Counted from the first letter of the stretch, positions 30,140 through 40,350 are shown. The stretch: DNA of 64,000 nt from Bacteroidota bacterium (GCA_003153435.1 PLYR01000050.1:29-64028); one strand, 5' to 3'. The notes: a model not told the origin generated them from the letters alone. Program-made: numbers and translations.

Positions 30140-31434
30140 ATCGTTACGTCGTCGTTAAGGTTAAAAGTTCTTTCTTTTTCTATAATCAGATCTGCATCTG
30201 GATTTTTATTGTGTTGCTGGATGAGTCCGAAACAGACATCAATAGGGACTTCCAGATTTTGCTCAGCTGCATATATCTCGCTGAACCAGTCTTCAAATTC
30301 TATATGGCCACCAGCCTTAATCTTGACGTTGATATCTTCAATCCATTTGGAGATATGCTCTTGCCGGATGAGAACCTGCATATTTGCAGCCTCCTTTGCC
30401 ATACGCAGTTCCTCGTCTTCTGCCATTTCAATAACATCCTTGGGTATGACGTCATTGAAGTTAAGTTTAGGGACAAAACGGAATTTGCGTTTGAAATAAG
30501 GAAACACTTTCCGGTTGAATTCAGGAGGTAAGGTGATTTCACCTTCTATAGATTGCGCGGAACGGATCAGAGAGACGAGATATTTTTCTACTTTGAGTTT
30601 ATAGATCTGTTTGTAGCGTAATGAATCGTAAAGAGTTTTCAGACGCGATGAGGAGGTCTGGATCCGATCATTAATGGCGAGCACACGGCTATCAATGGTT
30701 TCGAAAAACTGTTCTATCTCCGCCCGGATCTTAAAATACCTCTCCCAGCTTTCCTTTTCCTTTAGAAAAGCAGGCTCCGCGTTCTTGATCCGGTCTAATG
30801 TATCTTGTTTGAAGTTAAGAGTCTGGGTGAGGCCCTCCGTTTGTTTTCCTATTTCGCGGAATACAAGAATGAATTTGTCGAGCAGTCCCCTTGCATTATC
30901 TACATCTGCTTTGAGTATGGATCTCAGTTCATATGTTTTCTTATCTACGAAACGCTGAAGATTTTCGATATGCCCAAGAATTCGTTTCTTGGCCGGGCCA
31001 TAGTGATTATAATACCAGTAATTCAGATTTTGGACATTGATCAGGTCCTCTTCAGTGAGAGGGAGTGTACGGCGGAATGTATAGATCAGCGGTAGATCGT
31101 CATATTGAGGCTGAACTTCATTAATTATTGCAGCGGTAAGATCTTTCGCATATACAGTGAGCTGATAGCGGTATTCACCCCCCCGTTTTGCAGTGGTATA
31201 AAAATATTGACTCAGTTTTTTGGAAATAGTCTCTTTCTGTATGCTTTTCTCCCTTCCAAGCATTTCGGCTACCTGATCAACGGTCTTCTCGAAGTCATGC
31301 TGGGAAAAGGCTTCGTCAATTTCTCCCTTTTCAATCTTATCGTTGAGTTCCATCAAAAGAATCACCGATTCCGGATTGGAAGGGAGTAATAATTCGTAAT
31401 TTCGGGTGATACTCTGGATCAGATCGCTCTCCAT
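30106..31434 (-). CDS. MukF/MksF/JetA-like kleisin subunit (putative)
   Basis: 442 aa, first gene of the operon, overlapping the next gene by 34 nt. Size and order match MksF/JetA (DUF3375). Assignment by operon context only. Confidence 0.4.
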   Translation of the reverse strand: MESDLIQSITRNYELLLPSNPESVILLMELNDKIEKGEIDEAFSQHDFEKTVDQVAEMLGREKSIQKETISKKLSQYFYTTAKRGGEYRYQLTVYAKDLTAAIINEVQPQYDDLPLIYTFRRTLPLTEEDLINVQNLNYWYYNHYGPAKKRILGHIENLQRFVDKKTYELRSILKADVDNARGLLDKFILVFREIGKQTEGLTQTLNFKQDTLDRIKNAEPAFLKEKESWERYFKIRAEIEQFFETIDSRVLAINDRIQTSSSRLKTLYDSLRYKQIYKLKVEKYLVSLIRSAQSIEGEITLPPEFNRKVFPYFKRKFRFVPKLNFNDVIPKDVIEMAEDEELRMAKEAANMQVLIRQEHISKWIEDINVKIKAGGHIEFEDWFSEIYAAEQNLEVPIDVCFGLIQQHNKNPDADLIIEKERTFNLNDDVTIWRMKIQPSNS

Positions 31435-31594
31435 ACTGATGCTCTGGTTTTTACAATAGGCTAAAATAGAGATTAAATATTCTATTATCTGTACTGTTTA
31501 AAACTCTGGAATATGTTTTGAACGTATTGAAAATAGGGCGTTTGGGGCTTGTGTGATTGTTGGTAAGTTATTGTCCCGGTAGGGTTATCCTGTC

Positions 31595-32296
31595 ATGTTT
31601 TTTTGTACTTTATTCAAAATGGCCCAACTCGAACTTATTGTAACGGAAGACGGTTCTCACACCCTTTATAACCCTGAACTCAAAGAGCATTATCATTCTA
31701 CCCATGGTGCCATTCAGGAAGGAATGCATATATTCATTAATGCAGGCTTGAGAGAGGTTGTCAAAAAGAAAAAACAGGTTCGGATATTGGAAGTTGGGTT
31801 CGGAACCGGCCTTAACTGTATGCTCACCATGCTAGAAGGATGGAGGACCGGCCTGGAAATAGATTATCATGCAGTTGAGCCCTATCCTCTATCTGAAAAA
31901 CTCCTTTGCACACTAAACTACGCTGGTTTGCTTGATTTTCAGGATAACCCTTGTGATTTTGAAATGATTCATACAGAAAATGAAGGGGAAATTGATCTGG
32001 GGAGTGAATTTAAGCTTACTAAGTATAAGCAGCCTATTCAGCGGTTCAAAGCTCTCCCGGCATTCTTTGATCTGGTTTATTTCGATGCTTTTGCACCAAA
32101 TGTGCAGCCAAGTATCTGGACAGGCTCTGTATTTAAACAAATGTATGACTGCCTGACTCCCGGTGGAATACTCGTCACCTATTGCGCACAGGGACAAGTG
32201 AGGAGGAACATGAAAGAGGCGGGATTCAGCATTGAGAAATTACCAGGCCCCCCTGGCAAGCGAGAAATGACCAGGGCGATTGTTCATACTAACTGA
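31595..32296 (+). CDS. MnmC-like tRNA U34 5-methylaminomethyl methyltransferase domain protein (DUF752)
   Basis: LELIVTEDGSHTLYNPELKEHYHSTHGAIQE and ILEVGFGTGLN match the MnmC C-terminal methyltransferase family. The true start may be the internal Met at 31619. Confidence 0.65.
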   Translation: MFFCTLFKMAQLELIVTEDGSHTLYNPELKEHYHSTHGAIQEGMHIFINAGLREVVKKKKQVRILEVGFGTGLNCMLTMLEGWRTGLEIDYHAVEPYPLSEKLLCTLNYAGLLDFQDNPCDFEMIHTENEGEIDLGSEFKLTKYKQPIQRFKALPAFFDLVYFDAFAPNVQPSIWTGSVFKQMYDCLTPGGILVTYCAQGQVRRNMKEAGFSIEKLPGPPGKREMTRAIVHTN

Positions 32297-32328
32297 GAGT
32301 GGTCAGGGGTTAATAACCGCAAATATTA

Positions 32329-33117
32329 CTAATCTGCTAAATACTTCTCCAGCAATTCTCTTAATTTCTCAGGTGTAAGTCCTTGCACAAGCCTTGCGTC
32401 TTTAGCGAGTGCAATATCTCCCGTTTGTTCAGAAACGACGATTGCCAATGCATCTGAGTTTTCGGTGATACCTACCGCGGCCCGGTGTCTCATTCCAAGA
32501 TGTGCCGGAAAGTCACTATCTTCTGTAACCGGAAGAACGCAGCGTGCAGCTTTAAGCTGGTTGTCAGTAATAATCAAGGCTCCATCGTGTAGCGGACTGT
32601 TTTTATAAAAGATGCTTTCAATCATTCTTACAGTGATTTTTGCTTCTATCGGGTCTCCTGTATTGGCATAAAACTTCAGATCTGAGGCTCGGGTAATAAC
32701 GATGAGAGCCCCTGTATGCTGTTCCGCCATATTCTTACATGCTTTAATGATTGCATTAAGATCGAGTTCAATCTTACCCCCCTTCATGTTCCATTCCATA
32801 AATCGTTTTACCAAACTTCCCTGACTGATAAAATTGGTAGTTCCGATAAAGATGAAGAAACGTCTGAGTTCCTGTTGAAAAACAATTAGAAGAGCAATAA
32901 ACCCTACGTCGATAAACTTTCCGAGAATATGACTAAACAAACGCATATTCATTGCACTAACAAGGAGCCAGATGGCATAGAAAAGCGTTACCCCAATCAG
33001 GATATTGATGGCCACTGTGCCCCGAACCAACTGGTAAAGCTGATAGAGCAGAATGGCAACCAGTACAATATCTATAAAAGCTCTCCAATCGAATTGACCG
33101 GACAATAAGTTAAGCAT
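32329..33117 (-). CDS. cdaA: diadenylate cyclase (c-di-AMP synthase) CdaA
   Basis: Three N-terminal TM helices plus a DAC domain with TGALIVI, DGALII and RHRAAVGIT motifs. Confidence 0.85.
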   Translation of the reverse strand: MLNLLSGQFDWRAFIDIVLVAILLYQLYQLVRGTVAINILIGVTLFYAIWLLVSAMNMRLFSHILGKFIDVGFIALLIVFQQELRRFFIFIGTTNFISQGSLVKRFMEWNMKGGKIELDLNAIIKACKNMAEQHTGALIVITRASDLKFYANTGDPIEAKITVRMIESIFYKNSPLHDGALIITDNQLKAARCVLPVTEDSDFPAHLGMRHRAAVGITENSDALAIVVSEQTGDIALAKDARLVQGLTPEKLRELLEKYLAD

Positions 33118-33125
33118 GTGTTTGA

Positions 33126-33647
33126 TTATTTCTTAATACAAGCCTTGATTTTTGAATCCAGTTCATCATAACTCAACTTTTTTTCCTGAAAATCCCTGGT
33201 TCCTGTATTGACGCAGGAGAAGAGGGTTGCCGGAATGGCCCCAGACCAGTCATGGCTGATTTTAGGAATAAAGATATTGGCATCCGATTCATCAAGCCAT
33301 AACACCTGTGCTTGAATCCTTTTACCGACAAGAAAATTATTCAGCTTCAGAGGGAATGCTTCTGGAAAATCAAGGCTTACAAGGAGGACTTTGACCGGTT
33401 TTCCTTTCCATGCCGAATCGATCCGGTTAAAGCCTGGAAGTTCAGCCACGCATGGACCACACCAGGTAGCCCAGAAGTTTACAATAAAGAGTGTATCCGG
33501 CTGTTTCAGTCGTTGCTCCAGGTAGCTTATTTTAATTTTAGAAGCTTGTTGGGCACGTGCAGGAAGAATTGATGATAGAAACAAGAATAGAATACACAGT
33601 GTCTGGCGCATGAACAAATTTAGGGTTTTTTGTATCTCATCGTTCAA
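33126..33647 (-). CDS. TlpA/ResA-like thiol-disulfide oxidoreductase (thioredoxin fold)
   Basis: Signal peptide and a WATWCGPC active site. Confidence 0.8.
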   Translation of the reverse strand: MNDEIQKTLNLFMRQTLCILFLFLSSILPARAQQASKIKISYLEQRLKQPDTLFIVNFWATWCGPCVAELPGFNRIDSAWKGKPVKVLLVSLDFPEAFPLKLNNFLVGKRIQAQVLWLDESDANIFIPKISHDWSGAIPATLFSCVNTGTRDFQEKKLSYDELDSKIKACIKK

Positions 33648-33722
33648 ACCGAATTATTCTTACCTTTAATCACAATAATAAAAATCCAGCGGTCCACTAA
33701 AGGTTCCGATTGATTTCAGAAA

Positions 33723-34157
33723 ATGGAGGGCGAGACACCAATTTATAAAATTATTCCCCCTGCAATCAGTTCTGCAGGTGTCTATTATTTTACAACCGAC
33801 AATGATGTTCAATACGAAGTCAGGTTTGGGAGGAGACAGGATAACATTCTTCATGCTACCATTGTGTTTGGGGTGATCAATGATGAGTACGAAGGGGAGG
33901 AGTATGTGGTCACCAATAAAGGAGAACTCTATAGGGTCATGCAGACGGTAGTGGAGATCGTCAAAATTTTCATGAAAGAGCATCCCAAAATCATGTGCTA
34001 TGAATTCACCGGTGTTGCAAAGGAAGGGGAAGATGAGAACGGAGTGACAGTCAGGATTAATTTATACCGTCGTTACCTTCCAAGAATTTTTGATAAGGAT
34101 TGGGAATTTGTGTTTAAAGGGAACTCAGCCCTTGTCACCCGAATCAGGAAGAATTAG
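33723..34157 (+). CDS. hypothetical protein
   Basis: 144-aa ORF filling an otherwise empty gap; no recognisable motifs. Confidence 0.35.
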   Translation: MEGETPIYKIIPPAISSAGVYYFTTDNDVQYEVRFGRRQDNILHATIVFGVINDEYEGEEYVVTNKGELYRVMQTVVEIVKIFMKEHPKIMCYEFTGVAKEGEDENGVTVRINLYRRYLPRIFDKDWEFVFKGNSALVTRIRKN

Positions 34158-34159
34158 AT

Positions 34160-34501
34160 TTACTTCCTTTTAATTTCCACCAGTTTTATCATCTTTCCTG
34201 CCATGCAGGTGCTCAGTCCATCTTTCAGGTTCTCATATTTAATGATTACTTTCAATCCATCCTGAGCAAACTCAAGTGGAAGCAAGGTTTGAGTGGCTAA
34301 TTTCTCTCCTGATTCCAACACAAGCAGCCATGTGCATCCGTCAACCTCATACTTCATGACCGTTGCAGAAACCCGTCCATCATCCTTATTGGAGCTGGCG
34401 GTTGTTGTTGTTCCTGTGGATGCATTTTTTCCAGTACTGCAGCTTTCGAAACAGACCAGGCCTATCAGCATCCATAAAATGAAACACCCTGATTTAAGCA
34501 T
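34160..34501 (-). CDS. hypothetical lipoprotein
   Basis: Signal peptide plus lipobox CFESCSTG. Confidence 0.45.
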   Translation of the reverse strand: MLKSGCFILWMLIGLVCFESCSTGKNASTGTTTTASSNKDDGRVSATVMKYEVDGCTWLLVLESGEKLATQTLLPLEFAQDGLKVIIKYENLKDGLSTCMAGKMIKLVEIKRK

Positions 34502-34564
34502 ATTGTAGATATTGTCTATTAAAAAAAGGTATTAAAGCTTTGACTTTAGTTGAGTAAATTATCC

Positions 34565-35662
34565 TTAGGGAATCTGAAAATTAATTTGAGTTGATGCATT
34601 AGTAGTTCCGAGAGGTGAGAGGCTGAAGTTGGTATTTGCGGAACTGACATAATCTCCTGTATCAATTATGCCATTTCCATTGGCATCGTAAAATGCATAG
34701 AAGTAATAATTTCCAGGGTGCATGTAATTGAATATGAAGGAGCCTGCAGACTGAGCCTTCAGGAAGACATAACGTGAGCGGGTGTTTAAGGCGGCTGAAT
34801 TAAGAGTGGTACCGATAAAAAGGGGTTGGGTGGTAACCATTAGAAAAACCCGGTTAGCTGAAGAGACGGTCAGGGTAGGGAGGACTGTATAAGAAAGGGT
34901 ACTTTGTCCGAGGTAGGGCTGTTGGGCTTCTGTATATGGATCTCCGGCAAGTTGATAGTAAATACTTTCCGTAACGCCTGAGAAGGTAGAAGAGAAATCC
35001 TGTACAAGTTTTTTTTGCGGATAAGTAAAGTTAGTTATCGCTGGCTGACAGGAAGTAGTATCTACCAGTTTGGCAGTCCACCTCATATGCAGGGCAGGAG
35101 CAGTCAATGTGTTGTATTTGTTAGTATAGGATTGAATGATCAGACTATCTGAATGGAAGCTTACATCGGTAATAGTTCGCTTGATGCCTTTTACGAAATC
35201 GGCGAACCTGTAGTAGGATCCAGAGGGTAATTCACTAACACTGTCAGCCTCCATGTATGCAACCCTCTGCATACCCGTAAAAGCCCCACCGTTTCTAAAT
35301 GCGAGCCGGTATTGTCCATTGTGGTAACAGATAAAGAAGGACATAAAAATATTATTAGCTGTATCCAGCTCATTCTTAGCCGAAATCTGTGCGGCACTAA
35401 TAGGGCGGAAGTCGACAATCCATTCGGGATAACTACCCAGAGCGGTAGTAGAAGTTACAGGACCGTCCCATATCCCTTTTATCTTTCCGAGAAGATTGTA
35501 GCCAAGAACAGGTGTAGAAGCATTCAGGACTGGCAAGGTTCCCGTAACCGGTGGGGGCGTGTTATTCGTGGAACTTTCTTTCTTCTTACAACCAGATGCA
35601 ACTAAAACCAAAACGGAAAAAGCAAGCATCACCCAAACCCAATGTTTCATATGATGTATCAA
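34565..35662 (-). CDS. hypothetical lipoprotein
   Basis: Signal peptide plus lipobox LVASGCKKK; Ser/Thr-rich linker. Confidence 0.5.
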   Translation of the reverse strand: MIHHMKHWVWVMLAFSVLVLVASGCKKKESSTNNTPPPVTGTLPVLNASTPVLGYNLLGKIKGIWDGPVTSTTALGSYPEWIVDFRPISAAQISAKNELDTANNIFMSFFICYHNGQYRLAFRNGGAFTGMQRVAYMEADSVSELPSGSYYRFADFVKGIKRTITDVSFHSDSLIIQSYTNKYNTLTAPALHMRWTAKLVDTTSCQPAITNFTYPQKKLVQDFSSTFSGVTESIYYQLAGDPYTEAQQPYLGQSTLSYTVLPTLTVSSANRVFLMVTTQPLFIGTTLNSAALNTRSRYVFLKAQSAGSFIFNYMHPGNYYFYAFYDANGNGIIDTGDYVSSANTNFSLSPLGTTNASTQINFQIP

Positions 35663-35686
35663 GAATGTTTGCAGTTGTAACTGAAT

Positions 35687-37642
35687 CTAACTTCGCTTTC
35701 CAAATTTACTCTTCCGGTCTGAAAAAGTGTTTCCATCTACTGGTGGTTCACTAGAGCGTTCTCTTGGTTTTTCCTCATTGCCATAGCTCCGTTTGCGGTA
35801 GCCGCCGCCGGAAGACGATCCTCCGTCGGAATAGCCTCCACCACCACCTCCGTAGCTTTTCTTTTTCCAGGAGCTGTCTCCTCCGCTTCCTCCACCTCCG
35901 TAGGGTCTCTTGCCCTTACCGAAGCTGTTATTGTCTCTGTATCCAGCTCCGCCTGATCCGTTGGATGGATCGATGCGTACACTTCTTCCTTTGAAGGTCT
36001 GATCCTTAAAGGCATTCATAAGGAAATCCTCTACTTCTTTAGCTGCATCGAAAAAGGAAAAACTGCTCTTGATGTCAATGCGGCCAATATTGCTTCCTTC
36101 TAAATTGCTGGTGTCACATATAAAGCGTAATAATCCTCCTTTATCCAGACCATCCATTTCACCTACATTGATGAAGAAACGGGTCATGTTAGCATCTCTG
36201 TCGGGTACACGGGAACGAGGCTCATCTGCACGCGTATCTCCACGCTGGTTGAAACGGTCGGAGGTGCGTTCGGGTCGCTCGAGGCTGCGGTTCTCCACAT
36301 TCAGATCAGGAGCATTTTTGTAATATTCCAGGAAACGATTGAATTCATCAGACACAAAGCGTTTGATCAGTTCTTCCTTGGTCAAGTCTTTAAGCTGGGA
36401 ATAAATCTGAGGAAGATATTTCTCAATGGCTGCCTCGTTTACTTCCACATCATGTATCTTGCTGATTAGTGCAAAGAGCTGTTTTTCACACACTTCACTT
36501 CCGCCTGGAACTTTCGCTTTGGTGAATTTCTTACCAATAATCTTCTCCAGCATGCGGATCTTTCCAACTTCACGGATATTCAGGATTACTATCGAAATTC
36601 CGGTTTTTCCTGCTCTGGCTGTTCGCCCGGAGCGGTGAGTATAGTTCTCTATTTCATCCGGAAGGTTGTAGTTAATCACGTGAGTGACATCATCCACATC
36701 GATACCCCTAGCTGCCACATCCGTAGCTACGAGTACCTGAAGGGTTCTGGAACGGTAGCGTTTCATAACCTGGTCGCGTTGGGCCTGGCTCAAGTCGCCA
36801 TGCAAGGAGTCTGCATTATATCCATCCCGGATCAGCTTTTCAGCCACTTCCTGGGTTTCAGCCTTGGTGCGACAGAATACGATACCGAATATATCTGGAT
36901 AGAAATCCACTATACGCTTCAGGGAGGCATAACGGTCGCGTGACTGGACAACATAGTAAACATGTTCAATATTGACATTTCCTTCATTCCGTTTACCAAC
37001 GGTAATCTGGAATGGTTCAGACATGTATTTACGAGCAATAGTTTCTACTTCGCGGGGCATGGTGGCAGAGAAGAGCCAGGTGCATTTCTGATCCGGAGTT
37101 TCGGATAGAATCATATCCAGGTCTTCTTTGAAACCCATATTCAGCATCTCGTCCGCTTCATCTAAAACAACACGAATTACTGTCTTGAGTGTCACTCCTT
37201 TACGATTAATCATATCAACCATTCGTCCTGGTGTTCCAACAACGATTTGGGCCCCTCTCTTAACATCTCTTAGTTGATTTACGATACTGGCTCCCCCATA
37301 AATGGCAACGATATTTGCACCCTGCGTATATTTGGTATAGGATTGTAAGTCCTTGGTTATCTGCAGACAAAGTTCCCTTGTCGGGCAAAGGATCAGGGCT
37401 TGAGTGTTACGGGAGTTAAAATCAACGGTTTGGATGAGCGGGAGGCCGAAAGCAGCCGTCTTTCCGGTACCCGTCTGAGCGAGTCCAACCAGATCCTTTT
37501 CTTCTTTCAGCAGAACAGGGATGGCCTGTTCCTGAATAGGAGTAGGGGTTTCAAACCCAAGTTCGGTGATTGCTTTTACGATATTCGGCTCAATTCCCAG
37601 CGCTTCAAATTTATTCATTTCTCTTTTGTTAATGAGGCGCAA
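35687..37642 (-). CDS. deaD: DEAD-box ATP-dependent RNA helicase (DeaD/CsdA-like) with a Gly/Arg-rich C-terminal tail
   Basis: Q-motif, AQTGTGKT, DEAD, SAT and HRSGRTARAG motifs. C-terminal ~120 aa has GGGGSGG/GGGGGGYS repeats. Start may be the Met 8 codons downstream (MNKFEALG). Confidence 0.9.
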   Translation of the reverse strand: MRLINKREMNKFEALGIEPNIVKAITELGFETPTPIQEQAIPVLLKEEKDLVGLAQTGTGKTAAFGLPLIQTVDFNSRNTQALILCPTRELCLQITKDLQSYTKYTQGANIVAIYGGASIVNQLRDVKRGAQIVVGTPGRMVDMINRKGVTLKTVIRVVLDEADEMLNMGFKEDLDMILSETPDQKCTWLFSATMPREVETIARKYMSEPFQITVGKRNEGNVNIEHVYYVVQSRDRYASLKRIVDFYPDIFGIVFCRTKAETQEVAEKLIRDGYNADSLHGDLSQAQRDQVMKRYRSRTLQVLVATDVAARGIDVDDVTHVINYNLPDEIENYTHRSGRTARAGKTGISIVILNIREVGKIRMLEKIIGKKFTKAKVPGGSEVCEKQLFALISKIHDVEVNEAAIEKYLPQIYSQLKDLTKEELIKRFVSDEFNRFLEYYKNAPDLNVENRSLERPERTSDRFNQRGDTRADEPRSRVPDRDANMTRFFINVGEMDGLDKGGLLRFICDTSNLEGSNIGRIDIKSSFSFFDAAKEVEDFLMNAFKDQTFKGRSVRIDPSNGSGGAGYRDNNSFGKGKRPYGGGGSGGDSSWKKKSYGGGGGGYSDGGSSSGGGYRKRSYGNEEKPRERSSEPPVDGNTFSDRKSKFGKRS

Positions 37643-37757
37643 AGGTAGTGATAAATAGGGTACGGCTGACGTAAGTTAGACATATGGTACCACAGGTAAG
37701 GGTCATGATATGAAGGGATTTGTGTAAGTTCGCCTAACTTTGTAAAAATCGATTGAT

Positions 37758-39188
37758 TTGAAAACGCTGCACCGTTTTACGCTGAAGTCATATCTCCTGC
37801 CGTTCCTGCTTACATTTTTTGTGGCACTTTTTGTCCTCTTTATGCAGTTTTTATGGAAATGGGTGGATGAACTGGTCGGAAAGGGACTCGATTGGAGTAC
37901 TATCATTCAACTCTTCTTTTATATCTCCCTTTCTCTGGTACCCCTTGCTCTTCCTTTGGCTATCCTGCTTTCCTCTCTGATGAGTTTCGGGAATCTGGCC
38001 GAGCATTACGAACTGGCGGCCCTTAAAGCATCGGGTCTTTCCCTTCAAAAGGTAATGGCTCCCCTGGTATTTTTTACGCTGGGAATCGCTCTTCTTGCAT
38101 TTTACTTTTCAAACAGCATCCTTCCTTATGCAAACTTGAAAATGAACCGGATGATGTTTGACATCCACAACCAGAAACCAGCCCTCAGCATTAAAGCCGG
38201 GGTTTTTTACAACGGAATTGACAATTACAGTATAAGGGTTGAAAGCAAAGGGGAGGACGGGAAGTCTATTCAGAAAGTGCTTATCTATGATCATACAGAG
38301 GATGGGAATAACCGTATTATTACGGCCGATTCTGGTCTTATGGAGATGACCAGCAATAAAAAGTACCTCATCCTTGACTTGAAAGACGGTTGTAGTTATG
38401 AGGAACTGGCTCGGGAAAAAGACCCAGCCAGCAGAAGCCTTCCCTTCCTGAGAAATAAATTCAAGCGACAAATCGTGCGCTTCGACCTGTCTGGGTTTAA
38501 GCCCAATCATACGAATGAGGATCTCTTCAGAGAAAATCACCAGATGCTAACATCCCGGCAACTCAGTATAATGCTCGATACTTTTAAAATTCAACGAAAC
38601 CGACTTCAGTCTGATTTTTCACAGACCTTGTCTAATGGATATATGCGAAATGCAGAGAAGTTCCTGAGTCAAAAGAAGCACAAGTCTGTCCCCGGTGATT
38701 CATCTTTCTTCAGCATGATGAATAAGCAGGACAAGAACATGATTATCGAGTCAGCCCTTGGGTTTGCCCGGACCATCAAAGGACAGGTGGAAGCAAGGCA
38801 GAATGAACTTGACAACAACAGGACATCAAGCACTCTTTTCGAAATTGAGCTTAATAAAAAATTCGCGCTTGCATTCTCCTGTCTGGTTATGTTTTTTATA
38901 GGAGCCCCGCTTGGTGCCATTATCCGGAAGGGAGGATTAGGTACACCGGTAATTGTTTCCATTCTTTTCTTTGTTCTGTATTGGGTAATCTCTATCAGCA
39001 CAGAAAAGATGGCCAAGGAAGGGGTGCTTCATCCTATCCCGGGTGTCTGGATTGCTCCGGTTTTATTGTTTCCTCTTGGAATCTTTTTTACGGTGAAAGC
39101 CACGAGCGACTCGGTACTCTTTGACCTTGACAGCTACCTGACCATTTTTAAGAAAAAGAAAAATGAGAATTCTCCAGGTTTGCAATAA
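37758..39188 (+). CDS. LptF/LptG-family LPS export permease
   Basis: YjgP/YjgQ architecture: three N-terminal TM helices, a periplasmic beta-jellyroll and three C-terminal TM helices. The ORF as given starts at TTG. Confidence 0.75.
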   Translation: MKTLHRFTLKSYLLPFLLTFFVALFVLFMQFLWKWVDELVGKGLDWSTIIQLFFYISLSLVPLALPLAILLSSLMSFGNLAEHYELAALKASGLSLQKVMAPLVFFTLGIALLAFYFSNSILPYANLKMNRMMFDIHNQKPALSIKAGVFYNGIDNYSIRVESKGEDGKSIQKVLIYDHTEDGNNRIITADSGLMEMTSNKKYLILDLKDGCSYEELAREKDPASRSLPFLRNKFKRQIVRFDLSGFKPNHTNEDLFRENHQMLTSRQLSIMLDTFKIQRNRLQSDFSQTLSNGYMRNAEKFLSQKKHKSVPGDSSFFSMMNKQDKNMIIESALGFARTIKGQVEARQNELDNNRTSSTLFEIELNKKFALAFSCLVMFFIGAPLGAIIRKGGLGTPVIVSILFFVLYWVISISTEKMAKEGVLHPIPGVWIAPVLLFPLGIFFTVKATSDSVLFDLDSYLTIFKKKKNENSPGLQ

Positions 39189-40350
39189 AATTCCTTACCC
39201 TCCCAAAGACGGTGGATCTCTTGCAATGCACCAGCTAAGTGAGTCTATGAGCCGGATGGGGCATGAGGTTAAAGTTTTGGCCATGGATACTCATAAACAG
39301 CAGTTTGACGAGATCCTCTGGGATGAAGCTTACCTCAAAAAATTCAGACCCGAAAAGGTTTTTATGGATACCCGAGTCAAAGCCCTGGATGCGATCCTCA
39401 ACCTTTTCTCTGATAAATCCTACCACATCGAACGTTTTTACTCTCAGGAGTTTGAAAACCGGCTGGAACAGATTCTTAAACTAGAAAAGTTCGACATTAT
39501 ACAATTGGAAAGTATTTATGTGGCTGCTTACCTGCCAGTAATCCGGAAACAGAGCAAGGCGAAAGTTGTTCTTCGGGCACATAATATTGAACATCTTATT
39601 TGGAAGAGACTTGCAGAAGGAGCTACCAACACCCTGAAGCGTAAATACCTGAGCCTGCTTGCTGAAAGGCTGAAAGTATATGAAGATAATATCCTAAAAG
39701 ATTTTGATGCTATTGCAGCCATCACGCCTGGTGATGCTTCCTATTTCAGATCGGCCGGCGTCACTGCACCTGTGGTGCATATTCCTTTTGGTATTGAAAT
39801 GAAACCGGTACGAAATGCCCCTATAAATCGGAATGCACTTTTTTTTATTGGAGCGATGGATTGGATCCCGAATCAAGAAACCATTCGCTGGATTCTTGAT
39901 AATTTATGGGATAAGGTTCATGCCCTTCATCCGGAAGTTTTTTTTCACATTGCAGGAAGAAAAATGCCCCGATGGATGGCGGAGTTGAACCGGGCAGGTA
40001 TTGTGATAACCGGGGAAGTGCCTGATGCCGAAGAGTTCATGGCAGATAAATCGATCCTCCTTGCGCCGTTCTTCTCAGGAGGAGGGATGAGGGTTAAGTT
40101 TATAGAGGCGATGTCGCAGAAAAAAACAGTGATTACCACATCTATCGGTGCCGAAGGAATAGCCGGAAGGGATGGGGAGCATTTCCTACTTGCCGAAACA
40201 TTTCCGGGGATGATGGCAATTCTTGATAAATGTCTCCGCAATCCGGACTTTACAAATGATATAGGTGCTAATGCTCGAAGCCTGGTAGCGGATAAGTATG
40301 ATAGCAAGAGAATCGCTGAGAAGTTAGGAGCACTCTATAAGGGGCTTTGA
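39163..40350 (+). CDS. glycosyltransferase family 4
   Basis: GT4 N-terminus (KIPYPPKDGGSLAMHQL) and a C-terminal EX7E-type region (GGGMRVKFIEAM). Confidence 0.8.
   Translation: MRILQVCNKIPYPPKDGGSLAMHQLSESMSRMGHEVKVLAMDTHKQQFDEILWDEAYLKKFRPEKVFMDTRVKALDAILNLFSDKSYHIERFYSQEFENRLEQILKLEKFDIIQLESIYVAAYLPVIRKQSKAKVVLRAHNIEHLIWKRLAEGATNTLKRKYLSLLAERLKVYEDNILKDFDAIAAITPGDASYFRSAGVTAPVVHIPFGIEMKPVRNAPINRNALFFIGAMDWIPNQETIRWILDNLWDKVHALHPEVFFHIAGRKMPRWMAELNRAGIVITGEVPDAEEFMADKSILLAPFFSGGGMRVKFIEAMSQKKTVITTSIGAEGIAGRDGEHFLLAETFPGMMAILDKCLRNPDFTNDIGANARSLVADKYDSKRIAEKLGALYKGL

Noticed and set aside
37758-37760. TTG start of the LptF/G-family gene as a possible mis-annotation or programmed event
   Set aside because: TTG starts are ordinary. 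The N-terminal TM helix begins immediately, so there is no reason to invoke anything unusual.
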